From positions 204,104,001 through 204,168,000 of the forward strand of contig OZ024741.1 of NCBI GenBank assembly GCA_964016885.1: DNA of 64,000 nt. The letters are read 5' to 3'. Each line of letters starts with the position of its first letter. Within the stretch, counting starts at the first letter, position 1. The notes beneath the pieces were generated by a model. The model was not told the DNA's origin. It saw nothing but the letters and a program-made list of their open reading frames with translations, and did not search any database. A program made the position numbers and the translations under genes. The stretch comes from Eledone cirrhosa. Taxonomy: Eukaryota. Below, piece by piece: positions 29,341 through 44,500 of this stretch.

Positions 29341-31160
29341 ATGATAAAGAACACAAGAGCGTCTACAACATCAAACATTTTTTATTGGCTTACAATGTTT
29401 CTTCCTTACGTAACCGTAGGATTTTTCAGAGCTATAAAAGGGGTTTGATTGGTGTTATGGACTCTACCAACCAAACATTCAAGAACAAAGAGTAAAGAGA
29501 GTAAAGAGCAAAGACAGGGGATAATAAGTCTAATTTAGGTGCGGGAGGGTAGGGTGTGGGTCCTTGTTTACTAGCTGTGGTCATATTCATTCCCGGGAGT
29601 CGAGTGGTTAGTGGAGCCATAGATGGGGTGGCATTGATAGTAGGGTGCAGAGGGTGTGCAGAGGCTACACACACACAAAGGGCATACAATATATATATAA
29701 CGGAGGAGAAAGTACATGAGGTAATTAGAAATGAAATAATAATAATAATAATTTATAGTTAATAATGTATAATAAGGCATAGGGAAGATTACACTATAAT
29801 AAGGTATAAAAGTAAGAATAAAATAAAATATAAAGGAGGATAAAAATGAAAATAAGAATAAAAATAAAAAATATATATAAAAAATATATAGTGAATATAT
29901 AAAAAAATATAAGCAAGTATCAGAAAGGGAAAACCACAATGTAAAAAAACAGATTTTGTTAAATAAAAATATTATAAATATGGGGGGAGAAAACGGGAGA
30001 GAGAAATATAATCATAATGTGATTAGTTGAGAGAATATAAGATGATAATAAGTGTGTCAAGTTTATACATCTTAATAATAAATGTATATCAGAGTTACAC
30101 ATCTCTCGATGCACTTTTGGGTCAGCAATGAACTAGGAATATTGGATCCTCCGTCAATGTCCGAGTAAGCACAAATAGAATTCTATCTGCATTGAAATTT
30201 ACGAACTTGTGGATCTGTTGTGAGGTCAAACACAAACACACACGACCGCACAGATGAGCGATGGAATATGCCATATGGGTTGGACTTGCAAGTGCATCGA
30301 GAGATGTGCAACTCTGATATACATTTATTATTAAGATGTATAAACTTGACACACTTATTATCATCTTATATTCTCTCAACTAATCACATTATGATTATAT
30401 TTCTCTCTCCCGTTTTCTCCCCCCATATTTATAATATTTTTATTTAACAAAATCTGTTTTTTTACATTGTGTTTTTCCCTTTCTGATACTTGCTTATATT
30501 TTTTATATATTCTCTATATATTTTTTATATATATATATTTTTTTTTATTCTTATTTTCATTTTTATCCTCCTTTATATTTTATTTTATTCTTACTTTTAT
30601 ACCTTATTATAGTGTAATCTTCCTTATGCTTTATTATACATTATTAACTATAAATTATTATTATTATTATTTCATTTCTAATTACCTCATGTACTTTCTC
30701 CTCCGTTATATATATATTGTATGCCCTTTGTGTGTATGTAGCCTCTGCACACCCTCTGCACCCTACTATCAATGCCACCCCATCTATGGCTCCACTAACC
30801 ACTCGACTCCCGGGAATAAATATGACCACAGCTAGTAAACAATGACCCACACCCCACCCTCCCGCACCTAAATTAGACTTATTGTGCCCTGCTTTTGCTC
30901 TTTACTCTCTTTACTCTTTGTTCTTGAATGTTTGGTTGGTAGAGTCCATAACACCAATCAAACCCCTTTTATAGCTCTGAAGAATCCTACGGTTACGTAA
31001 GGAAGAAACATTGTAAGCCAATAAAAGATGTTTGATGTTGTAGACGCTCTTGTGTTCTTTATCATATATACGGCTCTGCTCCAAAGCATTGAGCTAATTA
31101 TTATACTACCAATACCTTAATGGGACATGGGTATACAATACCTAACTCCTATTAACCTAA

Positions 31161-31161
<1 letters not shown>
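29341..31161. mobile_element. PLE-type 3' region family K as inverted arms of about 780 bp plus tail
   Basis: 29341-30117 is the reverse complement of about 30289-31066; spacer about 170 bp; tail 31071-31161. Confidence 0.9.
30974..31018 (+). ncRNA. Type I hammerhead ribozyme (family K)
   Basis: GCT-CTGAAGA-A-TCCTACG-GTTA-CGTAAGGA-A-GAAA-C-ATT-G-TA-AGC; the mirror copy near 29388-29432 has CTGAAAA. Confidence 0.75.
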
Positions 31162-31248
<87 letters not shown>

Positions 31249-31249
31249 G

Positions 31250-31281
<32 letters not shown>

Positions 31282-31289
31282 TACATATC

Positions 31290-32240
<951 letters not shown>

Positions 32241-32584
32241 GTATATATATGTATATATATATATGTATATATATATGGAAAGTTATATTTAAATTGTTGG
32301 GTTAACAACGAGTAAATATTTATAACTGATATAAAAGCACTCAACAAGTATTTGGAGTATATTTATGATATTAAATAAATGGAAACTATATTTATAAAAC
32401 CATATTTATTTCACTATATATATTTCAGGGATAACATATTAACAATATGTTATGCCTTCTTCAGACAAAATACAATATAAACAGTCTTATAAATAAATAG
32501 ATACGACATACCTTTCAATCGACTTGCATTTGGGAAGTTGATTTGGCAGTAAAAAATATTGTGGACAGTTGTAAAAAGAAAGAG

Positions 32585-32619
<35 letters not shown>

Positions 32620-33779
32620 AAAACGAAGAAAAAGAAGAAATGCATGTGACTAAATAGAGAGATATAGAAAGATAGATAAAGAGAAGAACTTCATGTAAAG
32701 GAACAGAGAGAGATATATAGAGAGAGGAACAAAAAGAAAGAGATAGATAGAGATAGATAGAGAAACTAGGTAGTTGAGTATCAGTTGATACATTTATTTA
32801 TTTATTTATTTATTTAGCTCTAGTATTAATGTAAAGAGAGATGTATGTAGTTAAGAGAGAAAATAGCCGTTATATAGAGAGAAAAAAAAGAGAAAATGAA
32901 AAAGAGAAAATGAAAAATAACCAGACATAAACGAGGCAGAATTTAAAAAACGCTATGTTTCATCATGTAGAAAATATTAGTTCATATAAAACAGGCATTA
33001 TAATGTAAATATCAGTATTCATGAATGAGACATGTATCTATAATGTGTGAAAAGTAATGATCTTATGTCTAGTTTTTAAAAATGCATATGTTTATATCAT
33101 AATTGTAAACAAACTCCCAATTCACACGAAAACATTCTCATTGTGCTATAAAAATTCAAGTATACATATATGTGTGTATATATACACATATATATAGAGT
33201 CTATATTAATTTTAACAATACTATTCTTGTCTTTACTCTACATGATTGTCGATCAAGCAGAAATAGAGAACAGATTTCAATATATTAATAAAAATAAAAA
33301 TAAAAATAAAAATAAAAATATCAGAGACAAGAAAATAAATAAACAAACAGAAAACTAAAACATTTAATATTAAAAATAAAAATATTACAAAATATTAAAA
33401 AATAATAAAAATAAAACATAGTATGCCACGCAAATCGGCCACAAAGATCAGCCTTTCAAAGTTAATTGACAATATATTGCCAAGTTCATCATAAGCATCA
33501 GAGTCGAAACAGATAAAACAAAAATTATTTACCAAATCCTGTCTAGCAGAAATCATTCCAAAAGTTTAGGATACCCATTTGGTCTACATATGTTCTTATA
33601 TTTAATATAGAAGTTTATCTAGTGTAAAATTTAATTCGATATATTTGGAGCATCAGCTTTTAGGGTAGTTTAATTATTCATGAAGAATGTTTTAATAAAA
33701 AGAATGTTTTAATAAAAAGAAGAAATCGAAAGATTTATCGGCTAGTTTCATAAATAATTACAAATCAAATCAAACATAC

Positions 33780-35459
33780 CTACATTTTAAATTTAAATTT
33801 ATATTTAAACGTTGAGTTCAATCTATGTCTGCAGCAACTGAATAAATTTGTCCGTAGATTAAGGGAATTTTTAGATTTTAGTATAAAGAATATCTCCTCC
33901 GCACAGAGGTCACATGTCTCAGAGGATGAATTAAAAGGAATCCCTCTTGAAACTATATTCCAAGTCGTCGAATATCTAACGTTATCATGCCTAAGTTGCC
34001 AGAGTACGCCTGATAGTGCTGTTGAAGATTTTTTGGATGGATCTGTGAAAGAATTCTTGTGGTTGTTATAGCGAAGTTTAAATTCCGTCGATGTGGAACC
34101 AACGTAGTTAAAAGAATTAGCGTCCGTTTTAACATTACAGTTGTATATTATATTTTTAACTAAGCAGTTGTTATTTAACGGACATTTAGATCTATCTCTA
34201 CAGTTACATTTGTTAACTTGGATATTATTTATGCTATTATCGCTAGGTTTTAAGTTCCTATTATTTATTCTATTAATATTTTGTGCTAAATTTTTGGTGG
34301 ATGAGTAGGTTAATTTTATAGTATGTCTATTGAAAATTGAGTGATACCTATGTGTTCTAGGGAAGCGATTATCAAGAGCTTTAAAAAATAGTTTAGCGAT
34401 GTGGCTTTTAATGTTTAGTGAGAAAGGGGGGGCAAACCATATTATATTCCTAGTTCTATTTCTTTTATGGCTTTTGGAATTATTGTAATGCTTTCTATTA
34501 TAGTTGTTAAGGTTGTGGCCGTAATTAAAATAGTTGTTATTTTGTTTAATTTGTTTATCATTATCTATGTACATAATTTTATCACTATATCCTGCTCTAG
34601 CTAACGCTTCATTGTAATAATGGGCTTTTTCGTCGAAAATCTTTTTATTAGATGAGATTCTAGAGATACGTTTTTGAACAGAGTTTACTATAGTATTTTT
34701 AACAGATCTGGGGTGGTTAGAGTTAAAGCTGACATAGTTTAAGTTTTCATTCAACTTGTGAAATGGATAGTGAAGACATGTGTTGAGATTTAATGTTATA
34801 TCTAGGAAGTTGACTATTCTATGGTTATTCTCAATTTCTATTTTTAGATTAAAGTGATTAAAAAATTGTGTAATTTGTTTTCTTTTTCTATTTAGTTCAG
34901 AGTTATTATTATCAATAAGTAAAAGCATGTCATCTCTATATAAACCTCCGGTAGTACCAGGTATTTTCCTATGCAGCGAATTGATTAAAAATAAGCCCAC
35001 AAGGTCAGTTACCTGAGCTGAGTCGGATGATCCCATAGTAATGTCAAAATTGTTATCTCTATCTGCTCGGGTCCATAGTTGGTCATTAAATTCTATCAAT
35101 GTTTTCCTAGCCGATAATATAATGTGCATTTCATTGCTAGTTAGGTCTGTATGTTTGAATGCGTAATTTAGTGCCTTATTTAGTAGATTAGGGGTAATAG
35201 AAGAATAATAGTTAGCAATATCAAGTTGAATAAACTTATTATTATTGTTATATTTAATTTGCTTAAACCACTCAACAACCTCACCAGTTCCTTTCCACAA
35301 GCTCAGGTTAGGTAAACAACTCAAGTTTTTAATTTGCTGTATCACCCTGTCAAGAATGTTTTTGCTTAGTTTACCCAGGTCCGATTTTGATGGTGCAATC
35401 AATCTGACTGGCAAGTCATTCTCAAAATTTCTCTTGTGATCTTTCATATTGATCTTCGG
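33780..35459 (-). CDS. Naiad-like PLE reverse transcriptase + GIY-YIG endonuclease (uninterrupted, N-terminally truncated)
   Basis: PVRLIAPSKS, FIQLDIANYYSSI, FDITMGSSDSAQVTDLVG, GLYRDD, NFLDITL, CNCR..CPL..CL, IIY..YVG, R..NH, CDLC..E. Clade assignment from recalled motifs, not a tree. Confidence 0.85.
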   Translation of the reverse strand, partial: PKINMKDHKRNFENDLPVRLIAPSKSDLGKLSKNILDRVIQQIKNLSCLPNLSLWKGTGEVVEWFKQIKYNNNNKFIQLDIANYYSSITPNLLNKALNYAFKHTDLTSNEMHIILSARKTLIEFNDQLWTRADRDNNFDITMGSSDSAQVTDLVGLFLINSLHRKIPGTTGGLYRDDMLLLIDNNNSELNRKRKQITQFFNHFNLKIEIENNHRIVNFLDITLNLNTCLHYPFHKLNENLNYVSFNSNHPRSVKNTIVNSVQKRISRISSNKKIFDEKAHYYNEALARAGYSDKIMYIDNDKQIKQNNNYFNYGHNLNNYNRKHYNNSKSHKRNRTRNIIWFAPPFSLNIKSHIAKLFFKALDNRFPRTHRYHSIFNRHTIKLTYSSTKNLAQNINRINNRNLKPSDNSINNIQVNKCNCRDRSKCPLNNNCLVKNIIYNCNVKTDANSFNYVGSTSTEFKLRYNNHKNSFTDPSKKSSTALSGVLWQLRHDNVRYSTTWNIVSRGIPFNSSSETCDLCAEEIFFILKSKNSLNLRTNLFSCCRHRLNSTFKYKFKFKM

Positions 35460-35670
35460 ATAGCTAGAGAAAATGAATGTTGAGGCATCTTGTATAATGC
35501 ACGAGTTGGAAATTGAGAACAGAACACAACCTTTCGTGCCCAGGAAACCGAAGATCAATATGAAAGATCACAAGAGAAATTTATTATTTTTTAATATTTT
35601 GTAATATTTTTATTTTTAATATTAAATGTTTTAGTTTTCTGTTTGTTTATTTATTTTCTTGTCTCTGATA

Positions 35671-35870
35671 TTTTTATTTTTATTTTTATTTTTATTTTTA
35701 TTTTTATTTTTATTTTTATTTTTATTTTTATTTTTATTTTTATTTTTATTTTTATTTTTATTTTTATTTTTATTTTTATTTTTATTTTTATTTTTATTTT
35801 TATTTTTATTTTTATTTTTATTTTTATTTTTATTTTTATTTTTATTTTTATTTTTATTTTTATTTTTATT
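35671..35870 (+). repeat. (TTTTTA)n microsatellite
   Basis: About 33 perfect units; about 5 in the sister arm at 33288-33318. Confidence 0.95.
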
Positions 35871-36533
35871 AATATATTGAAATCTGTTCTCTATTTCTGC
35901 TTGATCGACAATCATGTAGAGTAAAGACAAGAATAGTATTGTTAAAATTAATATAGACTCTATATATATGTGTATATATACACACATATATGTATACTTG
36001 AATTTTTATAGCACAATGAGAATGTTTTCGTGTGAATTGGGAGTTTGTTTACAATTATGATATAAACATATGCATTTTTAAAAACTAGACATAAGATCAT
36101 TACTTTTCACACATTATAGATACATGTCTCATTCATGAATACTGATATTTACATTATAATGCCTGTTTTATATGAACTAATATTTTCTACATGATGAAAC
36201 ATAGCGTTTTTTAAATTCTGCCTCGTTTATGTCTGGTTATTTTTCATTTTCTCTTTTTCATTTTCTCTTTTTTTTCTCTCTATATAACGGCTATTTTCTC
36301 TCTTAACTACATACATCTCTCTTTACATTAATACTAGAGCTAAATAAATAAATAAATAAATGTATCAACTGATACTCAACTACCTAGTTTCTCTATCTAT
36401 CTCTATCTATCTCTTTCTTTTTGTTCCTCTCTCTATATATCTCTCTCTGTTCCTTTACATGAAGTTCTTCTCTTTATCTATCTTTCTATATCTCTCTATT
36501 TAGTCACATGCATTTCTTCTTTTTCTTCGTTTT

Positions 36534-36564
<31 letters not shown>

Positions 36565-37055
36565 CTCTTTCTTTTTACAACTGTCCACAATATTTTTTAC
36601 TGCCAAATCAACTTCCCAAATGCAAGTCGATTGAAAGGTATGTCGTATCTATTTATTTATAAGACTGTTTATATTGTATTTTGTCTGAAGAAGGCATAAC
36701 ATATTGTTAATATGTTATCCCTGAAATATATATAGTGAAATAAATATGGTTTTATAAATATAGTTTCCATTTATTTAATATCATATGTATATATATATAT
36801 ATGTATATATATATGTATATATACATATATATATATATACATATATATATATACATATATGCAGAGGTTATATTTAATTTGTTGGGATTCAACAAGCTTA
36901 AAAATGTGTATAACTGATATAAAGCACTCAAGACATACTCACTCGTAACTTTGTATTACCCTCAATAACATATTATCTCCACTATCCAGGAAGCTCCAAC
37001 CGTTAAGGTTGTCTTTTTTCCGGGTATGTCAATATTGATTTATCAAACAAATCTG

Positions 37056-37121
37056 TATTTTATCTGATGAAAGCGCACCATAATTTGCCTTGGTTGCCCT
37101 TGAAATATATATAATAAAATA
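37056..37121 (+). ncRNA. Type I HHR in Naiad-like terminal repeat (insert 36861-37160)
   Basis: TATTTTAT-CTGATGA-AAG..CTT-GAAA-TATATA-TA-ATAAAATA; 8 bp stem I and palindromic stem III; relative on minus strand near 41653-41717. Confidence 0.8.
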
Positions 37122-37380
37122 AATATGGTTTTATAAATATAGTTTCCATTTATTAATATATTGTACATATACATATATATATATACATATACATATATAT
37201 ATATATACATATATATACATATATATATACATATATATATATATACATATATATATCCATATATATATGGATATATATATATGTATATATATATATGTAT
37301 ATATGTATATATATATGTATATATATGTATATATACATGTATATATATATGTATATATATGTATACATATATATGTATAC

Positions 37381-37411
<31 letters not shown>

Positions 37412-37589
37412 CATATATATACATATATATACATATATATATATATACATATATATACATATATATATATACATATATATACATATATATACATATATAT
37501 ATACATATATATATACATATATATACATATATATACATATATATATACATATATATACATATATATATACATATATATACATATATATA

Positions 37590-38015
37590 TTGTTATACTT
37601 CGGGAGGGTCATGTTGCCAATAAGAAACACACGCACCAGTTGCTTTCACTTCAATTTATTATAATAAATTTATAAATTTAGGAATTTATAAATTTCCGGT
37701 TGGTTGGTTGGTTCCACAACCAGATGATTGTTTATATATTGTCAAAGTTCTTTCGTCACACATTCTGTGACCCTCTTCAGTGACTGGGGATTCTTTTCTT
37801 TGTTTTTGTGCCTCTCCTTTGTTCTGTCCTACGCCATCTTGTTTTTGTGTGTGTTGTGTACTTAGTTTGGGCATGTGTTACATCCGGGTGTCTGTGTGTG
37901 TTTATATTTGTTTATTTATTTGTTTATTTACATGTTACTTGTTGGTTGTTTGTTCTATGTGCGTGTGTTTTCATTTTGTCCTTAATTGTAAGTTGAGATG
38001 TTGCTGTTCCATTCA
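37590..38015 (-). mobile_element. Family F terminal repeat with longer upstream UTR
   Basis: Matches 14550-14780 and extends further; HHR on minus strand at about 37741-37785. Confidence 0.85.
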
Positions 38016-38136
38016 TATACATATACATACATATATATACATATATATACCTATATATATATACATATATATACATATATATAAATATATATATACATAT
38101 ATATATATATACATATATATACATATATATATACAT

Positions 38137-40120
38137 AATTTTCAAACTAAACTGTCTAACGATATTTCTAATTTTAAAAATTCTACAAACACTTTTTTTC
38201 TTTCCGATAAAACTAAAAATCTCTTTGAAGTTAATAGTATTTTGTATAACCAACTTTTAACTAATAGTATCAGCAACACCTACAATATTATGAATAAAGA
38301 AGCTAAAGAACTAGCTAGTTCTTTAAGAATAGACAACCGGATTGAAAGCCTAGCTAAACGTAAAGCATATATTACCCTTAAAGACCATAAATTAGACTTT
38401 ACTAATCGACTTAGTTGTAGACTGATTAACCCGGCTAAATCCGAAGTTGGCCTTGCAAGTAAAAAAAATCTTAAGAAAAATAATTCTCCAAATTAGAACT
38501 AAGACTGACTTATCACAATGGTTAAATACATCCTCTGTTATTTCTTGGTTTAATAATATACAAGGTAAAAATAAGTGTAGATTTACCCAATTTGATATTG
38601 TTGATTTTTACCCCTCTATTACTGTTTCCTTATTAACTAATGCCTTAGATTTTGCAAGACCCTTCATTAATATTTCTAAATTAGAAGAAGACATTATCTT
38701 TCATGCTAGAAAAACTTTACTCTTTACTAATGAAATATTTGGGTTAAAAATCAAACCCTGAAAACTCTTTTAATGTTGCAATGGGTTCATATGACAGTGC
38801 GGATGTGTGTGACTTAGTAGGATTATTCCTTCTTTCACACCCTCAAAGAGAAATTTCCTTTCCATAAGATCGGTTTATACCGTGACGGCGGATTGGCAGT
38901 TTCTCATACCACCAACGGCCATAACCTTGATAAATTCCGTAAAGATTTAATCAATACTTTTGCTAATCTTAACCTTAAAATTACTATAGATACGAACCTT
39001 ACCAATGCTCACTTTCTTGACATTAATCTTGATCTACTTACTGCCTCTTTTAAACCTTATCATAAACCTAACGAAAATCTTAGATATATACACAAAGAGT
39101 CTCTTGCCATCCCCCTAGAGTTTTTAAAAATCTTATTCCCAACATTAGCCGTAGGATTTCTACCTTATCTTCGTCTCTAGACATTTTTCATAAAGCCCTT
39201 AATAACAGCGGATTTACAGAACACATTAATTATTTACCTACTCCTCCCCCTAAAACTAACCACAATAATAGGAAAAGGAAAATTATTTGGTTTACACCCC
39301 CTTCTCTCTAACTGTCAAAACTAATGTAGGAAGGAAATTCCTTGACCTCTTAGACAGACATTTTCCTCCTAATCATAGATATTATAAGATATTTAATAGA
39401 AATGTAGTTAAAATCAGTGACTCTTGCTGCCCATCAATGAAGTCTAAAATCACTAATTCTAATCGTACGAGAATAAATCCAGGATGCAGTTGCAGGAAGC
39501 CGGATGAATGCCCATTACAGGGCAAATGTAACACCAAATCCGTTGTATGTGAGGCCAAAGTGACACCTTTAATTAACAACCAGCCAGGAGTGAACGATAT
39601 GTTGGCATGACTCAGGACAGGTTTAAAACCAGGTTTTATGCACATGTCGCTTCTTTTAAACACTCCGATAAAAGAACAGCAACGGCTCTCGCAAATAAGG
39701 TGTGGGAATTCAAGGATAAAAACATCCCGTACTCTATCGATTGGTCTATTTTAGACCATTCGTGGGAGTACCAAAGGGGCACAAAGAATTGTTCTTTGTG
39801 TACCAGGATTTTACAAAACTTGAAAGCCACTTCAACTTGCCTGAACTCTAAGACCGAGATCTTCAGACGTTGTCCTCACCTGAAATCACATCTGATCTGT
39901 AACCGGATTGACATTCCTAGGATAACTCAACCACCTTGAACTTCTTCTCTGCTCTCTACGCCTTACATCCACTACGAGTTTTTTTACCTTCTGAACTCAC
40001 TTTCTGTACTCTTATATTCTTTTTCTCCCTTATCTCCCCTTATATTTAAACCTTTTCCTGTCATTTATTTTCCTTATTTTCGCCCCTACCTTACCCTTTA
40101 CATACCCACCTTTTTTATTT
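38137..40120 (+). pseudogene. Second, divergent Naiad-like PLE family, frameshifted RT + GIY-YIG
   Basis: TLKDHK..CRLINPAKSE, QFDIVDFYPSI, FNVAMGSYDSADVCDLVG, GLYRDG, CSCR..CPLQGKC, YVGMT..FKTR. Confidence 0.85.
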
Positions 40121-40164
40121 GTTGATATTTATTTCTGTGTGTGTGTGTGTTGCGTATATGTGTA

Positions 40165-40252
<88 letters not shown>

Positions 40253-40330
40253 TATGCATATATGTTTATATATATCTGTATGTATATGTATGTGTGTATA
40301 TAATTGTATTTTATATGCTTCTGTTGTATT

Positions 40331-40477
<147 letters not shown>

Positions 40478-40927
40478 ATATTTGTGTGTGTGTATTTTTA
40501 TATAATTGTTTATGTGTGTATATACATAATAGCCTCAGAAACGGCTTGAGCTCTGCAGTCGGGGTCATACTTTTTCGTATATGTATATATATACGTATAT
40601 GTATGTATATGTATGTATATATGTGTGTATTTGCATGGTTGTGTGTGTGTGTGTATATATATATGTATATATGTATGTGTATGTATATGCATAATTACAT
40701 ACAGTGATTTAATGCTTATTTTCATTGATCATTTGCTCCAGGAACTTGTTGAGTGCTCTAAATCAGCTATAAACATTTATACCCTTTTCTAATTATTTAT
40801 TTATTATTTGTCGTATTCCCAACTATTTGTTTACCCCTTTCACCTTTTTATTTTTATATATATATAATATTTATGTATTTTCTTATATATGTATGTGTGT
40901 GTATATGTATGTATATATATGTATGTG

Positions 40928-41021
<94 letters not shown>

Positions 41022-41131
41022 AGAGTTAAACAAGGTTCAATGAATACTTCTAGGAATGAGTTTTACACACATACATGTGTGTGTATGTATTTGTATGTAT
41101 GTGTGTGTGTATATGTATGTATATGTATGTG

Positions 41132-41164
<33 letters not shown>

Positions 41165-41521
41165 ATGTATATGTGTATGTGTATGTATGTGTATATGTAT
41201 ATGTATGTGTGTGTGCATGTATTTATTTTTATGTGTGTATGTGCAATTGTGTGTATTGCTTACCACGTGTTTGTTTATTTATTTGTTGCCTGTATCGCTG
41301 TCAACTTTATAATAATTTTTACATTTATTTTTATTCTTATGAGACGGTATTTTTATTATTATATTTTTTCTTATAATTATTTGTGTGTGTGCGTAGGTGT
41401 GTATACATATATCTATATTTGTGTATGCGTATGTATGCGTCTATATATGTGTGTATGTATGTGCGTGTATGTACATGTGTATATATGTATGATTGTGTGT
41501 ATGTATATATATAGATGTATA

Positions 41522-44500
41522 TGTAAAAGTTCTATTTAAATTGTTGGGATACAACAAGCAAATATTTTTATAGCTGATATAAAGCACTCAACTATTAATT
41601 GGAGTAAAAATACGATATTAACAAATGGAAACTATATTTATAAAACCATATTTATTTCATTATACAAATTTCAAGGACACCAAGTTAAATTATGGTGTGC
41701 TTTCATCAGATAAAATATAATATAGAGCAGTTTTATAAATAAATATTGACATACCCTTAAAGAATGCAACCATTACTGTTGGAAGCTCCCGAATAGTATC
41801 AAGAGAAACCCTTACAGAGAACAAGAGCACCTTGTAAATCTCAAGAACACAATTTCAAACCTAAATTCTTCAAAAAATGTTTTAGTCCACTCTGACAAAA
41901 CAAATAATTTATATGGTATTTCTAAGGATAACTATAACAACCTTATCCTAAAGGAACTTAGGAAAAAATATCGCAAAACCAACCATGATAATTTAGAATC
42001 CATAAACTTTGAAGCTTCTGAGATTATGTCAAAACTTGGCATCGGAAAAAAGACCGAACCATTCCTCCCAAGAACTCCGAGGATAAATCTCAAGGTTCAC
42101 AAAAAACAATTTTCGTACTGAACTACCTGTTAGACTAATCGCCCCCTCTAAATCAGATCTGGGGGTTGTTAGCAAAGCCATCTTGGATAGAATTATCCCA
42201 CAGGTTCGTTCTAATTGCTCTTCTTTGAACTTAAATTTATGGTTTGGTACTTCTGAAGTGATTGGCTGGTTCAACAAATTGAATAAGAAAAATAAACAAA
42301 AATTTATTCAATTTGATATTGCCAGCTACTTTTCTTCTATGTCGCCCTCACTTCTCAACAATGCTCTATCTTTCGCTTACAAATATTCAGACATCACCAC
42401 AGATGAACTTCACATCATTCTCACCGCACGTAAAACCATCATAGAGTTCAACAATGAATATTGGACCAGAGCTGATACCTCTAACAACTTTGACATCACA
42501 ATGGGAGCATCCGATTAATCCCAATTGACAGATTTAATTGGTATCTTTATTTTGAACTCTTTGAATCGGGAAATTCCTCAACTTCGCGGTGGAATTTATC
42601 GCGACGATGGACTCTTTACTATCTTAAATTGCAACATAGTTAACCTTAATATTATTAAGAACAATATACGTAATCTCTTTAAACAACATAACTTTTAAAA
42701 ATTGAATTTGATAACAGCATCAAACTAGCTAATTTCTTGGATGTATCTCTTAATCTTGACACTGGCCTATATTACCCTTACCATAAAAACAATGAGAACC
42801 TAAATTATGTTAATTTTAAATCTAACCATCCCACTATAGTTAGTAATATTGGAAAAAGAATATCTAACCTATCTTCTAATAAAAACATATTTGATGCTAA
42901 CGCCAATTACTATAATAACGAGCTTTCTAAAGCCGGTGATCTTGATAAAATCAAATATAGTAAAGAAACAAATTCTAGAAGATCTTACAGTAGAATAATT
43001 AATCATGATCATTCCAATAACTTTAATAAAAGACCTAGATACAAAAACATAATCTGGTATGATGCTCCTTTCTCCATCTCTATTAATAATAATATTCCCA
43101 AATTATTCTTTAGTGCCTTAAATAAATGCTTCCCTCCCTCACATATCTATAGTGAAATATTTAACAAACACACTATAACATTTTCATATTCGATCCGCCA
43201 ACATCTCCAACATTATCTCTAAACACAACAATAAAATACTAAATACTAAATCTCTTCCTTCCAACACTGAATATCATAATAATAGTAATAGTACTCCCGA
43301 CGTCATTGTTAACTCTAGGCTAATTTCTGCAAATCCAAATACAATGTCAAACGCAACTTCGTAAATGTTCTTAATCCCATTCTAAATCAAGAAACTATTA
43401 TTCCTATCGTAAATAACTTTTCCAATCCAATTCCTTCTATAAATAACACTAGGTCACTTGTTAATAACTCTGTTAATTTCTCTAATCGCAATTGCAATTG
43501 CCGTTAAAAATAAAGGTCCTCTCAACAACCATTGTCTTGAAAAAAACTTAATCTACGAATGTAAAGTTATAACTGACACCAATTCCTTTACCTATTTGGG
43601 CTCCACTTCCACCTCCTTTAAAGCTCGTCTTTATAATCATCATTCGTCTTTTAAATACCAACTTAAAAGAACCAACACGGCACTCTCAGAACTCATATGG
43701 TCCTTGAAAGACAAAAATATTAACTATAACATCTCTTGGAAGAAGGTTTGTTCTGCTTCTACATACTTGAATAGTTCTCTATCCAAGACATGCAATCTCT
43801 GTTTATGTGAAAAATTTACCATTATATCTAATTTAGTTTCTATAATAAATAGACGCACTGACTTGTTTTCTCTCTGCTTGCATAAATTCCACAGAACATT
43901 CCATAAAGTATACAGCTAATATCTAATACTTTACCAATTTAAAATCCTTTTCTCAAAGGCACATATATATATATATATATACATATATATTGCTTTAAAA
44001 ATATACCCATCTTTCTACCTTATTTCAATGTTATTTATTATACATTATATAATACTAGTTACTCATTCTATATCACTCCTATTTATCACTTCCCTTTCTT
44101 TCTTTTTTCCTTTTTTCTTTTCTTTTTTCTTTTTCTTTTAATTTCTAACCTCTAATTTGTACCTTTTCTTCCTAGATACTTCTCAATTATCATTTTCATA
44201 ATATCACCTTGAAAAAATCCTTCGTAAACATAAACATTTTTTTTGACGTTAGATTATTCATCCTCAATTCATTATTTTTTTCTCCCTTTCATGCTCATCT
44301 AACTTATACATATTACACTTATTCATCCACTCTTCTACTTCTTTCACAATATATCCTTAATTACATTACTATTGTTATATTTTTATATTTTTTAATAATA
44401 CATATCAACAATTTCTTTCCATCGCACATATTATTAAACCCTTAAATATTATTCTTAATACATATTAACAATTTCTTTTCATCGCACATATTATTAAACC

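Larger units (their letters stand above)
32276..36785 (-). mobile_element. Naiad-like PLE, 5'-truncated, with inverted duplicate of its 3' UTR/terminal repeat
   Basis: About 32365-33410 is the reverse complement of 35583-36785; HHR on both arms (plus 36680-36740, minus about 32408-32470). Confidence 0.9.

Noticed and set aside
33420-35459. Selenocysteine recoding/SECIS, reported for some Naiads
   Set aside because: The ORF has no in-frame TGA, the conserved positions are ordinary Cys, and no convincing SECIS was seen.
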